A DNA stretch of 64,000 bases, taken from NCBI RefSeq assembly GCF_964213995.1, contig NC_135830.1, forward strand, positions 4,774,001 through 4,838,000, given 5' to 3'. The position numbers were made by a program, and so were the translations under genes. The DNA is from Mustelus asterias. Lineage: Eukaryota. The notes beneath the pieces were generated by a model. It ran no database searches. It was not told the DNA's origin and saw nothing but the letters and a program-made list of their open reading frames with translations. Positions within the stretch are counted from its first letter, which is position 1; each line of letters opens with the position of its first letter. This document shows, piece by piece, positions 47,690-60,577 of the stretch.

Positions 47690-48260
47690 GGAGATTGGGT
47701 GTAATGTTGGAAAGTGACAAGATGTTCTCTTGTTCGTAAACGAGGAAAGAGCAAAGCACGTTTGGAAATGTGAGCTGATTTATCAGTGTTGATGTTCAAA
47801 ATGACTTGGGTGCTTTTGTAAAAGGAACGCGGGACATTAGCGTGCAGGTGCAGCCGATAATTAGGAAGGCAAATGGAAGTTTGGTCTTTCATGCAAGCAG
47901 ATTGGAATAGAAGAATAAGAAAAAAACTTGCTACAGTTTTATGGGGTTTCACTGGGAGCACATGTGGCACAGTGTGTGCAATTTTGATATCCACATTTAA
48001 GAAAGAATATCATTGCACTGGAAACAGTGCACTAAAGGTTCACCAGATTTAGTCTCTGGGATGAGAGAGTTCTGCTGGGCTGAGAGCGTTCTCCTGGGAT
48101 GAGAGAGTTCACCTGGGCTGAGAGGTGATGTAAATTGCGCTGAAATTACCTGCAGCTAAAAAAAAGTGAGAGGATATCTCATTGAATCCTGCTGAATACG
48201 GAGACATTGTTTGCACTGGTCGGGAAATCTAAAACACGGGGCCCAGTCTCAAGATGAGCA
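47690..48260 (+). mobile_element. Degenerate CR1 3' fragment
   Basis: Remnants resembling DLGVLV, RKANG, CVQF, KRFTR. Confidence 0.65.
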
Positions 48261-48512
48261 CCCCGCGGAGAACTGACACAAAAGCACTTACAGACATGAC
48301 TCTTATTAGATTCTAATTCTTAACTTTCATGACATATTTGAAATAAATATATTGATGCATGTATTATGTATGGAATTAATATTTATTACATAAATAATGT
48401 TGGTGACACCGGATAACAGTAGAGACGACAACACTTGAGAAATATTTTTCGTTTTGCCCAAGGTCCCAGGCACTCTGTGACAATGAGTGCTGATGGGGAA
48501 AAATAGAAAACT

Positions 48513-48586
48513 GTTAGTGGATTCGTGTCGAACCACCAACCTATCTGTTAATAGTCGAATGCGCTGACCAATTGCGCCAGATAGAC
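48513..48586 (-). pseudogene. tRNA-Asn relic
   Basis: tcgaaccaccaacct...gttaa...gcgctgaccaattgcgcca matches reverse complement of tRNA-Asn. Confidence 0.7.
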
Positions 48587-49682
48587 TGGCATAAACAGTG
48601 CCGACACTATATTAGAGTGTCAGCGAGTGCTGGATCTAATCTAACGTAATTCTGTTTTGTATAAAACAAGAGTTTAGTGTTTAATTCAGCGAGACATTTC
48701 CTTTTAATTTGACCAAAATTTTGATCCAGATCTTGGAGATATCTGTGTCAGTGGAAATAATAAAACCAACCCCATTGCCACACAGATTTCATCTTGTGTC
48801 ACAATCTTTACCATCAGCTCTTTGCAGCCTATTGCTCAACTTCACCATCTGTGTTTGTTCTTGGCCTATTGCCCATACGACGTTTCCAATACGGATAGAA
48901 ATCGAGAAAGCTCATTCCACTGATTCTGACAGAGCTGTTTTCGATCAGGTTTGTTAAACGGATTCTCAAAAAGATTAAATCTTAGTACATCGAAGCCGTG
49001 ACCCTGAAAACTCAGAATTGTAACCACTTGACCATCAGAATCTCATCTTCCTGATTCTCCCAGATATTCATTACAGGAATGAGCACAGTGTCAATTACCC
49101 ACAGTGACACTCTTCTTTCTGTCCTATGCACGCTATTAAGCTTTAAAATTATTTGTATTTCCACACGAGTTTCCAGCGTGACGAACGCCGAACTGTGATC
49201 AGCTGATGTTGTTCAACAGATTTACAGCAGTAAGGTTTATAACAGGTCGATGCTCACATTGTTCTTTGAATGTAGTGAATTACAGTGAAATTTTGACAGG
49301 AGAAACCAGCCGGACAATGCAAATGTGAATTGCTGTGGGTAATTGAGGGGATTGTGGAATGGGTCTGGTTATTCTCCCTGCTGTTTAGACTGGCACAAGT
49401 ACCAGTACCGTTAAGGAAGTAATTTCAGCTTCTCTTAATTCCAGCGCTGCACGAGAGCAAAAAACGATCATTCCCTGACAGGGAATCGATCCCTCGTCAA
49501 CCTGCGATAATTATTTCACCTCACTGTCGATTTCATGTTGCAGCTGACATAATCAGTGCTCTCCTGAGCTGAAGGAGGGTTGGCGTTCCAGCTCAACATG
49601 GCATTTTGTCCGACAAACATGTCTTAGATACTTTAAAAACTGTTGACGTTGATAGATGAGGTTGGAATCCTTGCAACTATCT

Positions 49683-49753
49683 TCCTTGGTAGTCCAGTGG
49701 TTAGGTTTCAGCGCTTTGACCGCCGCAGCCCGGGTTCTTTTCCAATCAGGGAA
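49683..49753 (+). pseudogene. tRNA-Glu pseudogene (anticodon reads TTG)
   Basis: tccttggtagtccagtggttagg...gcgctttgaccgccgcagcccgggttc; T-loop destroyed. Further Glu relics at about 48990-49040, 49471-49493 and 50699-50770. Confidence 0.78.
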
Positions 49754-52304
49754 TCAAAATTGATTTCTCTGGCACGGGGCATGAATTAAGAGGAGCTGAA
49801 ATAACTTCCTGATAGGACACGGGAGATTTTCAAAAACACGGAGAAAATATCCGTCCCTTTCCACAACCACGTCAATTTCCCGCATCAATTTATATTAACC
49901 TTGCCTCTGCTGGTCCCTCCTGTCAAATTAGACAACCATACATTCTATTGCATTAAGTCTGAACCCAAATAAAGTGTTCGATCGAAAGTATTTCATGAAG
50001 ATTAAATTAAATCAAAAGTTTTAACAACGAACCCACGTCCTCCAAAAAGCTGCCAGCTTGCATGAAGTGCCTTAGGCCAGTGATCAACCTTACTGACATA
50101 AACATTTGTTGACAGATCTGGATTGCCATTCAACAGAATCAATGGAGTAGGATTGGATCACATGTCCCATTGAGCCTCCTCTACCACTGAATAAGTTCAA
50201 GGTGGGTCTATAGACTAAGTACCGATTTCCAACACGACCCAATAGCCCTTCATTCTCTCAGAGTCTCGAGATCTCTTCATCTCATCCGTCAAATATCTCC
50301 ATCGACTGAGAGTCCATAGACATCTGTCGTATGGAGTTACACAGATTCACAAGCCTTTGAGTGAAGAAATGTCTCCTCACCTCAGTCCTAAATGGCTGAC
50401 GTTATTCGGAGAATGCGAACCGTTCCAGACGCTTCTGCCAGGAAACAAACAGCCTCCAGCATGTAGATAAAAACACATTACTCTGAGTGCTGAAATCTGA
50501 ACCAAAAAAGGAAACTGCTGGATAAAGGCCGCAGGTCTGACAGCAACGGTGGAGCGAGAAGGGAACTACGGCTTCGCGTCTGGATGTATCTAACAATGAC
50601 ACTTGTCCATGAAAAACAGGTCTATTGTGTTTGTGAACTGAAGTGAGGCAGTGTGTAAACTCATGATAGTCAGCTAATTGCAGCAGCGAATGTCAGCTAC
50701 CTTGGTCGTCGAGTGATTATGATTAAGTGTTTTCGCCGTTGCGGCCTGGAATCGAATTTCGGGCAGTTGTATCATACTGGTTTGTACACTATCACAATAA
50801 GCTTTTTCAGCGTCTGTGGCGTGAGAGACAAACTTAATCTTCCAACTAATTGATCTTTCAGCAGAGCTCGAAAATCGGAGATAAAACAGGTGGAAAACAA
50901 ACCCTTGGCTATGATCACGAGTGATTCCAGAATAAATGTGCTTTTTGTCACGTTCTAACTCTGTCCCAGTACCACTCAGGACAATAGTTCGCTTATATCA
51001 TCCATGTCAATGATTCCTGCTGTTACTGAATACTCTCAGGTTAGGGCGGTCTCTATAAATATAAAGACTCTGTGTTCAAGCCGTAAACCATGTCCCCTCC
51101 CCATGTTATCTTTAGATCATTTAGTTCTCCAAGCAGTTTCACATTGGTTTACAATCTGTGAGGATTGACATCTATGATGTTTCTGCCTGAGAACTAGCAG
51201 CCAGTTTTGTGTCCTTGAGTACTGTCCCGCAGCTAGCAGAGTACAGGACTTTTTTGCTGAACTACGTCTTTTAACACTTTTACTGCAGATGGTTATTAGT
51301 GTGGCGACTAACCCCCTTTACGCTGTATCACTGTAACCTTTTCTCTTCTTTTCTCGTCAAGCACGGACACAATGTGTATAAAGACGGCAAAGATTAAGAA
51401 AAAATAAACTCTATGCCGTAATAGGTTTGTGTTTTCAATATTCATAGAATCAGAGTGAAATTTGGTCAATTGTTTTGGGCAATTTAAATTTATTTTTAGC
51501 ATGTTCCAGTATGTAAGATTAATGTCTGGCAGCGGAATTACGGAGTGCAAAAAAGTTTACACCCTCCCATTCTGAATGGGGTTCGTGTCTGATAACTGCA
51601 CCAGATGTACAAATTACAGTTTGATAGAACACCAATTTCAATCTCCATGTGGTATCCCGCGTGCTGAATGAGGAACAAAGTTCCCGTAAAGTATTTGCTA
51701 ATAAAACGGGCGAATGCACCAGCCGAACTCCTGTTGCAAGCTTGAAATGCTGGTAATATTGTTCAGTAGTCACACCTCAGCAACCGGTTCCCAAGCGCAG
51801 TTACTGAGACTCATGACGTCAAACGCATGCAGTAGCTGTGGGTCGCCAACAGTTGGGAATATTGTATCACTTCAACAGTACGACAGTGAAACAGATCTGA
51901 GGAGACTTTTTAGGGGAAATGAAAGCACTGACATCCATATCTATGAAAGTGGAATTCAAAGGGAAATATTGTCCGAGGGTTGTGAATTCATCACTTTCAT
52001 TGATAGTTGCATTCCTACTGATGGAATTGAATGTTTGCAAGTAATGATTTCATTACATTCCATTCTCGTTGCTTTTATGAATTCACTGTTTTTATCACCA
52101 AGACTTTGGTAAATATTATTAATCATAGTTGTACAGATATGAAACTGTCCCTCAGATTTCCACACTTCAGCCATTTTTGTTCGAAGTCCCATCTCAAATC
52201 CAGTCCAGTTCTGCCTCGATTCTGGTCGGCGTATGTTAAAAATGTGTTTGCTTATTTGAAATTTCCACGCTCAGGACATTTAGTGCCCGAACTCATTCTG
52301 ACAC

Positions 52305-53035
52305 ATAGAACAAAGAAAAGAACAAAGAAAGTTACAGCACAGGAACAGGCCCTCCAAGCCCGCACCGACCATGCTGCCTAACTTAACAAAAACCCCTCAC
52401 CTTTCCGGGGACCATATCCCTCTCTTCCCATTCTATTTATGTATTTGTCAAGACTCCCCTTAAAAGCCACTACAGTATCCACTTCCACTACCTCCCCGGC
52501 AGCGAGTTCCAGGCACCCACCACCCTCTGTGTGTAAACATCTGCCTCGTACATCTTCTTTAAATCTTGCCCCTCGCACCTTAAACCTATGCCCCCTAGTA
52601 ATCGACTCTCCCACACTGGGAAAAATGCTTCTGTCTACCCACTCTGTCCATGCCTTTCATAATCTTATAGACTTCTAACGGGTCGCCCCTCAACCTCCGT
52701 CGCTCCAGTGGGAACAAACCAAGTTTCTCCCAACTCTCTTCATAGCTAATGCCCTCCATACCAGGCAACATCCTGGTAAATCTTTTCTGTACCCTCTCCA
52801 AAGACTCCATATTCTTCTGGCAGACTGGCGACCAGAATTCAACACTATGTTCCAACTGCGGCCTAACTAAGGTTATATAAAGCTGCAACATTACTTGCCA
52901 ATTGTTAAACTCAATGCTGAGGCCGATGAAGGCAAGCATGCCATATGCCTTCTTGATTACCTTCTCCACCTGCGTTGCCACTTTCAGTGACCTGTGCACC
53001 CACATCCCAATGCCTACCAATACACGGAAGGGTTC
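52305..53035 (-). mobile_element. CR1 LINE 3' fragment
   Basis: VHRSLKVATQV...LERVQKRFTRMLPG; tail. Confidence 0.9.
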
Positions 53036-53294
53036 TGCCATTTACTGTAGAATGCTAGAAATTCCATGGGAGTTTTCGAATGATTTACTGGCCACCTCTT
53101 TGCATTGTTAGCAAATTGTACCAAATGCATTGTCGAAAAGAAGAGAACAATATTTCCATTCTGAAAACCCTGCCTTCAAATCGTATTTGCTGAATTATAA
53201 TCGGACATAAACGTTCAATTGGAAAACCTTATCGGTATAATATTAGAGGCAGAAATAATCAACTTAAATTTTCCAAGTGTAAAGTCATCAGGAG

Positions 53295-54690
53295 TCTGTG
53301 TTGGGATGGGGCGGCGGTGGAGGGTTCGGGTTGGGTGGATGGTAAAGAGTGGGATGTTGGAGTGGATGGTGGAGGTTTGTTGTTGATTAGAATGGTGGGA
53401 GTTTGGGGAAGGAGTTGCCTGAATGGTGGGGAGATGCAGTGGATGGTGGGAGGGGCGGTGTTGAGTGGGATGGTGGGGGTTTGTGGGAGGAGTTGGAGAG
53501 GATGGTGAATGTTGGGGAGTTGGAGCGGATGGTGGAGGTGTGATTTGGGTTTGAATGGTGGGTGATTCCGGGAGGTGTTAAGGTGGATAGTGAAGGGTGG
53601 GAAGATGGAATGCATGGTGGGACTTGCGGGGTTGTCTTGGATGGTGGGAGTTTCATGGAGGAGTTGGAGTGGATCGTGATGGATGGGGAGTTCGAGTGAA
53701 TGATGGGAGTTGTGGGGTTGGGTTGGATGGTGGGGGTTTGCGGGAGCAGTTGTGATGAATGGTGAAGTGTGGGAATGTGGATTGGATGTTGGGAGGTGTG
53801 GGGTCCGGTTGGATGTTGGGAGTTTGGGGGATGAATTGGGGTGGATGGTGAATTGTGGGGAGTTGGAGTGGATGGTGTGTGGTTGGGTTGGATGGTACTA
53901 GTTTGGTGACGGGTTCGGGTGAATGGTGAAGGATGTGGAGGTGGAGGGGATGGTTGAAGGTGTGGGGTTAGGTTGGATGATGGGGCTTGGTGGAGGAGTT
54001 GGTGTGGATGGTGAATGGTGAGGATTTGGAGTGGATGGTGGAAGGTGTGGGGTTGTGTTTGATGGTGTGAGTTTGGTGTAAGAGTTGGTGTGGATAGTGG
54101 AGAGTGTCGAGTTGGAGTAGATGGCGTGAGGTGTGCGTTGGGTTGGATTGTGGCTTTTGAGTGGAGGAGCTGAGGTGGAAAGTGAAGGGTAGAGAGGTGG
54201 ACTGGGTAGTGTGGAGGGTGTGGAGTTGGAGTGCAAGGTTGGATTTGTGCGATTGGGTTGGATGAAGGCTGTTGAGTGGAGGAGTGGGGGGTGATAGAGA
54301 AGGGTGGGGAGTTGGAGTGAATGGTAGGAGGCCGTGGGGGTGCGTTGGATGGTGGGCGTTTGGGGGATGAGTTGGGCTGGGTGGTGAAGGGTGGAGAGTT
54401 GGGGTCGATGGAGGAGGGCGTGGATATGGCATGAATGGTGGATGGTGTCTGGATGGGTTGGATGGTATGAGTTTTTGGCAGGAGTTGGGGTGGATGGTGA
54501 AGGGTGGGGAGCTCGAGTGGAAGGTAGGAGGTGTGAGGTTGGGTTGGATTGGAGGAGTTTAGGGGATGAGTTGGGGTGCATGGTGAATAGCGAGGATTTT
54601 GTGTGGATGTTGGGGTTTGTGGTATTGTTTGGATGGTAGTTGTTTGGGGGAGGAGTTGGGCTGGATGATGAAGCGTTGATGGGACTGAGG
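53295..54690 (+). repeat. G/T-rich degenerate minisatellite
   Basis: Recurrent gagttggagtggatggtg / gttgggttggatggtg subunits over about 1.4 kb, almost C-free plus strand. Confidence 0.9.
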
Positions 54691-54978
54691 CCAAAACAGA
54701 GTTCTCTTTCTTTTGGAGCATGGAGATTAGGTTGGAGCTGAAGTAAAATGCTGCATCCAGTGTCCCCCTTCCAAACGAAGAGGGGAATCGATTCTAGAAA
54801 TCAATGTGTCCAGTCCGTGCTGAATGCGAGGATCTACCTGACTGAAATCCAGATTAAAATGTTTGGACATTCTTTTTCAAATTTTAAATCCGTCTCCATC
54901 GCTTAATCTGGTTGATGAATGGAAAAGTGACCCCACTGCGAGATGGTTTTATTCAGTTAAGCGAGTTATAATGACTGA

Positions 54979-55889
54979 CTACCAGATCACTGTTTTAATG
55001 AACTGCACAATTCCAGTAAATGGAAGTTTCACCACATTCTTCAGATCCTCTCTGAATTGTGCCTGGGTCACGGCATAAATGCATGTGTTGGTGCAGCAAC
55101 TCAGGAGTTGCAGCATAAATCCCAGTTCCTGCACAAATTGGGGCAAAATTGTACTAATTAATCTGATATGCTCCAATCGGTTACAAAACGAATAGATGAG
55201 GAACACTGACCATAACAAGATGAAATTTCCCGATATTGCAAACAGTAAGATAATGGATTTCCTTCTCTTTTCTATCTCTGGGTCACTTTGACTTACCCCA
55301 CTCTTGTGGCTCCGAAGTCTCCTGCGGACTTTGCTCGACACTGAAATGTGTTTAACGGTTATAACATTGAGCAGCAGAATCAACAAGAATGGAACAAATG
55401 GAGTTAAAATCTAGTGTACAGTTTCAACTGCTGCCCACACTCCTGATGCTCTAACATCAGAATGTACATAACAAAACCAAGGATTATTTGTGAAATAATA
55501 TGTATCCCCACACATGAAGTACCAGAAAGTGTTCTTTACACTGAACACCACACTCACTGTTCCGAGAACCACAGCTGCCGTTTTCTCGGTGCAGTGTTTT
55601 ATTTTCAGTTTCTGACAAGCAATGGCCACGAAACGATCAAAGGTGAAAGCGACAGTGAACCAGACAGAACAATCAGTGATTGCGTAAAGTAGGACAGCAT
55701 GGATATTACACACTCTCATGTGAGCCATGAACAGAAATTGATGAAGAAAACGGATAGGAATTTGTCTCAATATGAGATCCATTATAACGACCAGTAGATC
55801 TGCCGTTGACATGGAAATTAAGTAACGTGTGACACATTTGGAAAGCCCACACCTTCCTCGTGATAGGATAAGAATCGTCAGTAAGTTCA
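54979..55889 (-). pseudogene. Second GPR139/142-like GPCR, main exon with one in-frame stop
   Basis: Acceptor cttccttccag then VNLLTILILSRGRCGLSKC...FTFDRFVAIAC...ETVH*ILTPFVPF...TNTCIY; TAG at 55411-55413; exon 1 not located. Confidence 0.88.
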
Positions 55890-56481
55890 CTGGAAGGAAG
55901 AGAGGCACAATTAATTCATATTTCAGACTGAGAACAGGGGCAGCGATCTATCAGGGTCCTGTGGAACATTTGTTGCTTTTTCTTACAGAGTCCAGCCTCA
56001 GAACAGAATGACTTCACCTGTAACCTTTCTTTCAGCTGGAGACAGAGGTTAAAGGAATAAAACACCACATTAATGTAACAAGAAATACAATTGACCAACA
56101 GATGTAATCTATTTGCTGCCTTGTGCAGAATTTCCCTTTGGGAGATATAATATTTTTGGCTGAAATGCTACACAAACGTGTTTCTGGTGCGAGGCACTGC
56201 TGTGTCTGTGCTAAAAACTGTCCATTTATTCATCTTGGATCAGTTGCTTTGGACTTGCTTGTGAATCGCGAAGCTGGGCTTTGTCACTTCGACGGGAAGT
56301 GTCAAACTGACAGTCGGGGATGGGGGGTGGGGGGAGTAGCTGGCTGCTTGGTGTCTGGAGAAGAATGGGGGGCTCTTCGGGGCAGGTGCGGAGGGCGGGG
56401 GTCGGAGGTTACTGGAGCAGCTAACGGTGCTTTCATAGTGGGTGGATTACGTGACGGAGCTGCAACAGAGCCTGACTATTC

Positions 56482-56621
56482 NNNNNNNNNNNNNNNNNNN
56501 NNNNNNNNNNNNNNNNNNNNNNNNNNNNNNNNNNNNNNNNNNNNNNNNNNNNNNNNNNNNNNNNNNNNNNNNNNNNNNNNNNNNNNNNNNNNNNNNNNNN
56601 NNNNNNNNNNNNNNNNNNNNN
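56482..56621. other. Assembly gap (140 N)
   Basis: Run of n. Confidence 1.
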
Positions 56622-56629
56622 GTGTGTAT

Positions 56630-58670
56630 GTCATAGAGTAATAGAGTCAAAGTGTTTTGCAGCACGGCTATTTGGCCGAATTTGTCCACGCTGCACAGTT
56701 TTTACCATTAACCTGGTACCAACTGCCCGCATTTGGCCCATATACCTCGACACCACTCTGACCCAGGTAACTTTCTAAATGGTTTTTCAAAAACAAAATT
56801 GTACCCGCCTCTACAACTCCCTCTGGCAGTTCGTTCCAGACACTCACCGCCCTCTATGAGAAAAATCGATCCTCTGGACCCTTTTGTATCTCTCCCCTCT
56901 CATCGTAATGTTATGCCCTCTCCTTTCAGACTCCCCTACATTTGGGAAAAGATGTTCACTATCGACACCATCTATGCCCCTCATTATTTTAGAGACTTCT
57001 ATTAGATCACCCCTGGGCGGCACAGTGGCACAGTGGTTGGCATTGCTGCCTCATAGCGCCATGGACCTGGGTTGGATTGCCAGCTTGTGTCTGTGTGGAA
57101 TTTGCACATTCTCCCTGTGCCTGTGTGTGTTTCCTCTGGTTGCTCAGGTTTCCTCACACAGTTCAAAGATGTGCAGGTTAGGTTGATTGGACATAGTAAA
57201 TTGCCACGTAGCGTCAGGGGGACTAGCATTGTGAATGCTTGGGGTCACGGGGATAGGGGCTGGGTAGGATTGTGTTGGGTACAGACTCGATGGGCAAAAT
57301 GGCCTCCTCCTGCACTGTAGGGATGCTTTGATATAAGACTCCACTGCTCCAGGGAAGGAAAGTCTATCCACCCTCTGTTAATAACTCAAACCATCAGTTC
57401 CCGGTAGGAACAGACTATATTTTCTTCGCATTCTTTCCAACTTAATAGTATTTTTTGTATAATAGGGTGACTATAATTGGACATCATATTACATGTGCGG
57501 CGTTACCAATGTTTCGTGCAACTTCAATGAGACGTCCCAACTTCTGCATTCAATTTTCTGACCAACGAAACCAAGCATGTCGAGTGCCTTCTTCATCACT
57601 CTGTCCACCTGTGACTCCACTTTCTAGGAGATATATGGCATGAGATATATTTGTTCTGTAACTCTCTCAACGCCCTTCAATTTTCTGGGTACATGCTGCT
57701 CAGGTTCGATCTGCGAAAATGCATCACCTCATATTTATCTAAATTAAATTCAATCTGCCATTCATCATCCCATTGGCCCAACTGTTCAAGAGCACGTGGC
57801 AATCCTAAATAACCTTTATATTGTCAACTGTGCTACCAATTTTACTGCCTTCTGCAAACGTACTAACCAGGCGTTCTAAATTCTCATCCAAATCATTAAT
57901 ATAAATGACATATGCCAGTGGACCCATCACAGATCCAGGAGGCACAGCGCTGGTCACAGGCGTCCAGTTTGAAAAGCAATCTTGTACAATCACCCACTGC
58001 CTTCTGTCTTCGAGTTCGTTTTGTATCCAATTGGCTACCTCACCCTGCATCCATTGAGATTAAATTTTATGCAACAACCTACCATGCGGTACCCTGCCAA
58101 TTGCCTTGTTAAAATCCATATCGACATCATCGACTACACTGCCTCCTTCTCTATAATATGTGCACTCCGCAAGACATCCTATTTATTTCCCCAAGTTTCC
58201 TGACATCCATGCCTTTCTCAGCAGCAAATACTGATGAGAAATATTCATTTAGGATCTCACCCATCTCTTGTGGATCCGCACATAGATGACCTTGTTTATC
58301 CTTAAGAGGCCCTATTATCTCCTCAGTCATTCTTTTGCACGTTGTATGTTTGTAGAAGCTCCATGGATTCCCCTTGACGTTATCTGCCAAAGCAATCTCG
58401 TGTCCCTTTTTTATTCTCCTGATTTCTCTCTTAAGTTTACCCCAAAACCCTCTATACAATTCAAGGGATCCAGTTGACCCCAGTTGCCTATGCTTTTTGC
58501 TTCTTGACCAGGGCCTCAGTATCCCAAGTCATCCAGGATTCCCTATTTCTACCAGCCTTGCTCTTCACCCTAAAAGGAATGTGTTTACCCTGAACATTTG
58601 TTCACACACTCTTTAAAGACTTCCACTTACCAGACGTCAATTTGCCTGCCAATAGACTCCCCCAATCTGG
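56630..58670 (-). mobile_element. Degenerate CR1 LINE with nested HE1 SINE (57015-57330, +)
   Basis: WTPVTSAVPPGSVMGP, EMGEILNEYFSSVF remnants; SINE head gggcggcacagtggcacagtgg. Confidence 0.85.
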
Positions 58671-60577
58671 AGATTGATTGTGCATTTGTGGGAGACGTTG
58701 TGCGTGAACGCGAGAGTATGTGCCAGATTGTTTTTAAGAATTGTGCGTGTGTGAGAGATTGTTTGTGAGAGAGAGTGATTGCGTGGGAGATATATATATA
58801 TACGTATCATGTTAGAGGAATAGAGTGGGGTTGTGTATGAGAGAGAGTTGTGTGTATTTTTGTGGTGGGAAGTGGTTTCACTTCCAGCATCAGATTTCAT
58901 ACAGCCTCACTGCCACGCACCAATACGCTCACATTTCAGTGTTTCCTCCCACGATCCGAAAGACATGTTGATTCGGTGCATTGGCCATGCTAACTTCTCC
59001 CTCAGTGTACACAAACAGGCGCCGGAATGTTGTGACTAGGGGATTTTCACAGTAACTTCATTGTAATGTTAATATAATTCCACTTGTGACACGAATAAAT
59101 AAACTTAAAACTTAAATAAACTATTCCTCCTGAGACCTGAGCCATCATAGCGAACGTTGTACAGCTAACCCATTTCCCTTCGCATGATGCTTCGACGAAT
59201 TTGAACGAATTGGGAACAGGGAAAGTTGTTGACCCTGACAATTGGCCAGTTTGAGAGCTGTCGACCTGCACAGCAGATCAAGTCGCTCCTTAAGGCTACC
59301 TGTTAAGTTGCTGTGAAATGTAAGTGATGAAACCTGACATAAAGTCAACCATCAACATGTATTAAGGATAAATGGAAAATTGTATCTGTGGGACATTGAG
59401 AGAAGCCGATATTACATCTCAAATATTATACAGCCGTTATAAGATAATGCAAAAATAGAACTTTTGCATTAAAGAGCGACACAGAAATGGCGTTACGAAC
59501 GATCATTAAATAAAACAGTATCATATTTCACAGACTTATAATACCGTTTCAAATCTGTCTCATTTGAAACAGCGCGAGCAGAAATTTCCACATTAAATTC
59601 ACCCTGAGAGGACATAGCTTGAATTATATTTTGATTCATTGTTTAGCACTGAGATGGTACATTTGATAAGAACATTACTTTGATTCTCAGAGTTTACAGA
59701 CATCACTTGTTGGAACGTCATAAACATAACGGGACATCTAAATGCACTATCCAATCAGCAGTAGGATATCTATTGAATTTCGGATGCCCTGTGAACTCAT
59801 GGGTAAATCAGACCGATTATCTCGTATGAACACAGTGTATTGTTTACAGGCCTAGTAACAGTTCAAACTTTGATCACTACTTCTAATCCACAGCTAATAT
59901 GGAATCACAATACATCTCAACAGCCATAAATGCGAGATCAGAATAATGCAATCGATCACATCTCCATATTCGCTTTGCATTGTCCTGACATGTTACATTG
60001 TTCGCTTAAGCTCTTTCAGTCCCTTTATTCCTACACAGACGGTGGACAAGACAAGCCAAAACCATCGCCTGGTGAGTTGCTGCATTAACACAGTCCTCCC
60101 GTTACTCAGTTATGCCCTCGACCTGAGTAATCACATTCCTCTCTGCTCCCAAATAAGTGTGGAATTTGCAGATAGTCGAACCATATATTGTTAAAAATAT
60201 ATTTCTGAGCTCATTAAATTATTGTTGGCATGGCAGAGGAACAAGAGATAATTAGAAATATAAATTAAATTTGTTCTTTCTCAACTGGACATTTAAAATA
60301 ATACGAATCGGGTAATCAAGGTGAGTCAGAAAATTGCCAGGCGATTTTCACATGCAGTGTGAATGGTGAGAAGCGAATAGGCCTGAAGCTTTACCCAGAC
60401 TTCAATAATTCACAAATCAAATTATGAATTTAGCAACTTATTTTTGAGAGGTAGCAACACCATGAAGGTCCGCATTGATGTTGTTATCATGGGAACAGCC
60501 TAGAAGAAGGATAACCCAGAGTCAAAACGTTTCCTCTATTCTTTCTCAACAGATGCTGGCAGACCAGACCAGTTTTG

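Noticed and set aside
53259-54721. Long Pro/His/Thr-rich ORFs (444 aa and others) as a mucin or extensin-like gene
   Set aside because: Open in several frames because the C-rich repeat strand rarely makes stops; no signal peptide or splice structure.
56123-56689. ORFs spanning poly-X
   Set aside because: Artefacts of the 140-N assembly gap.
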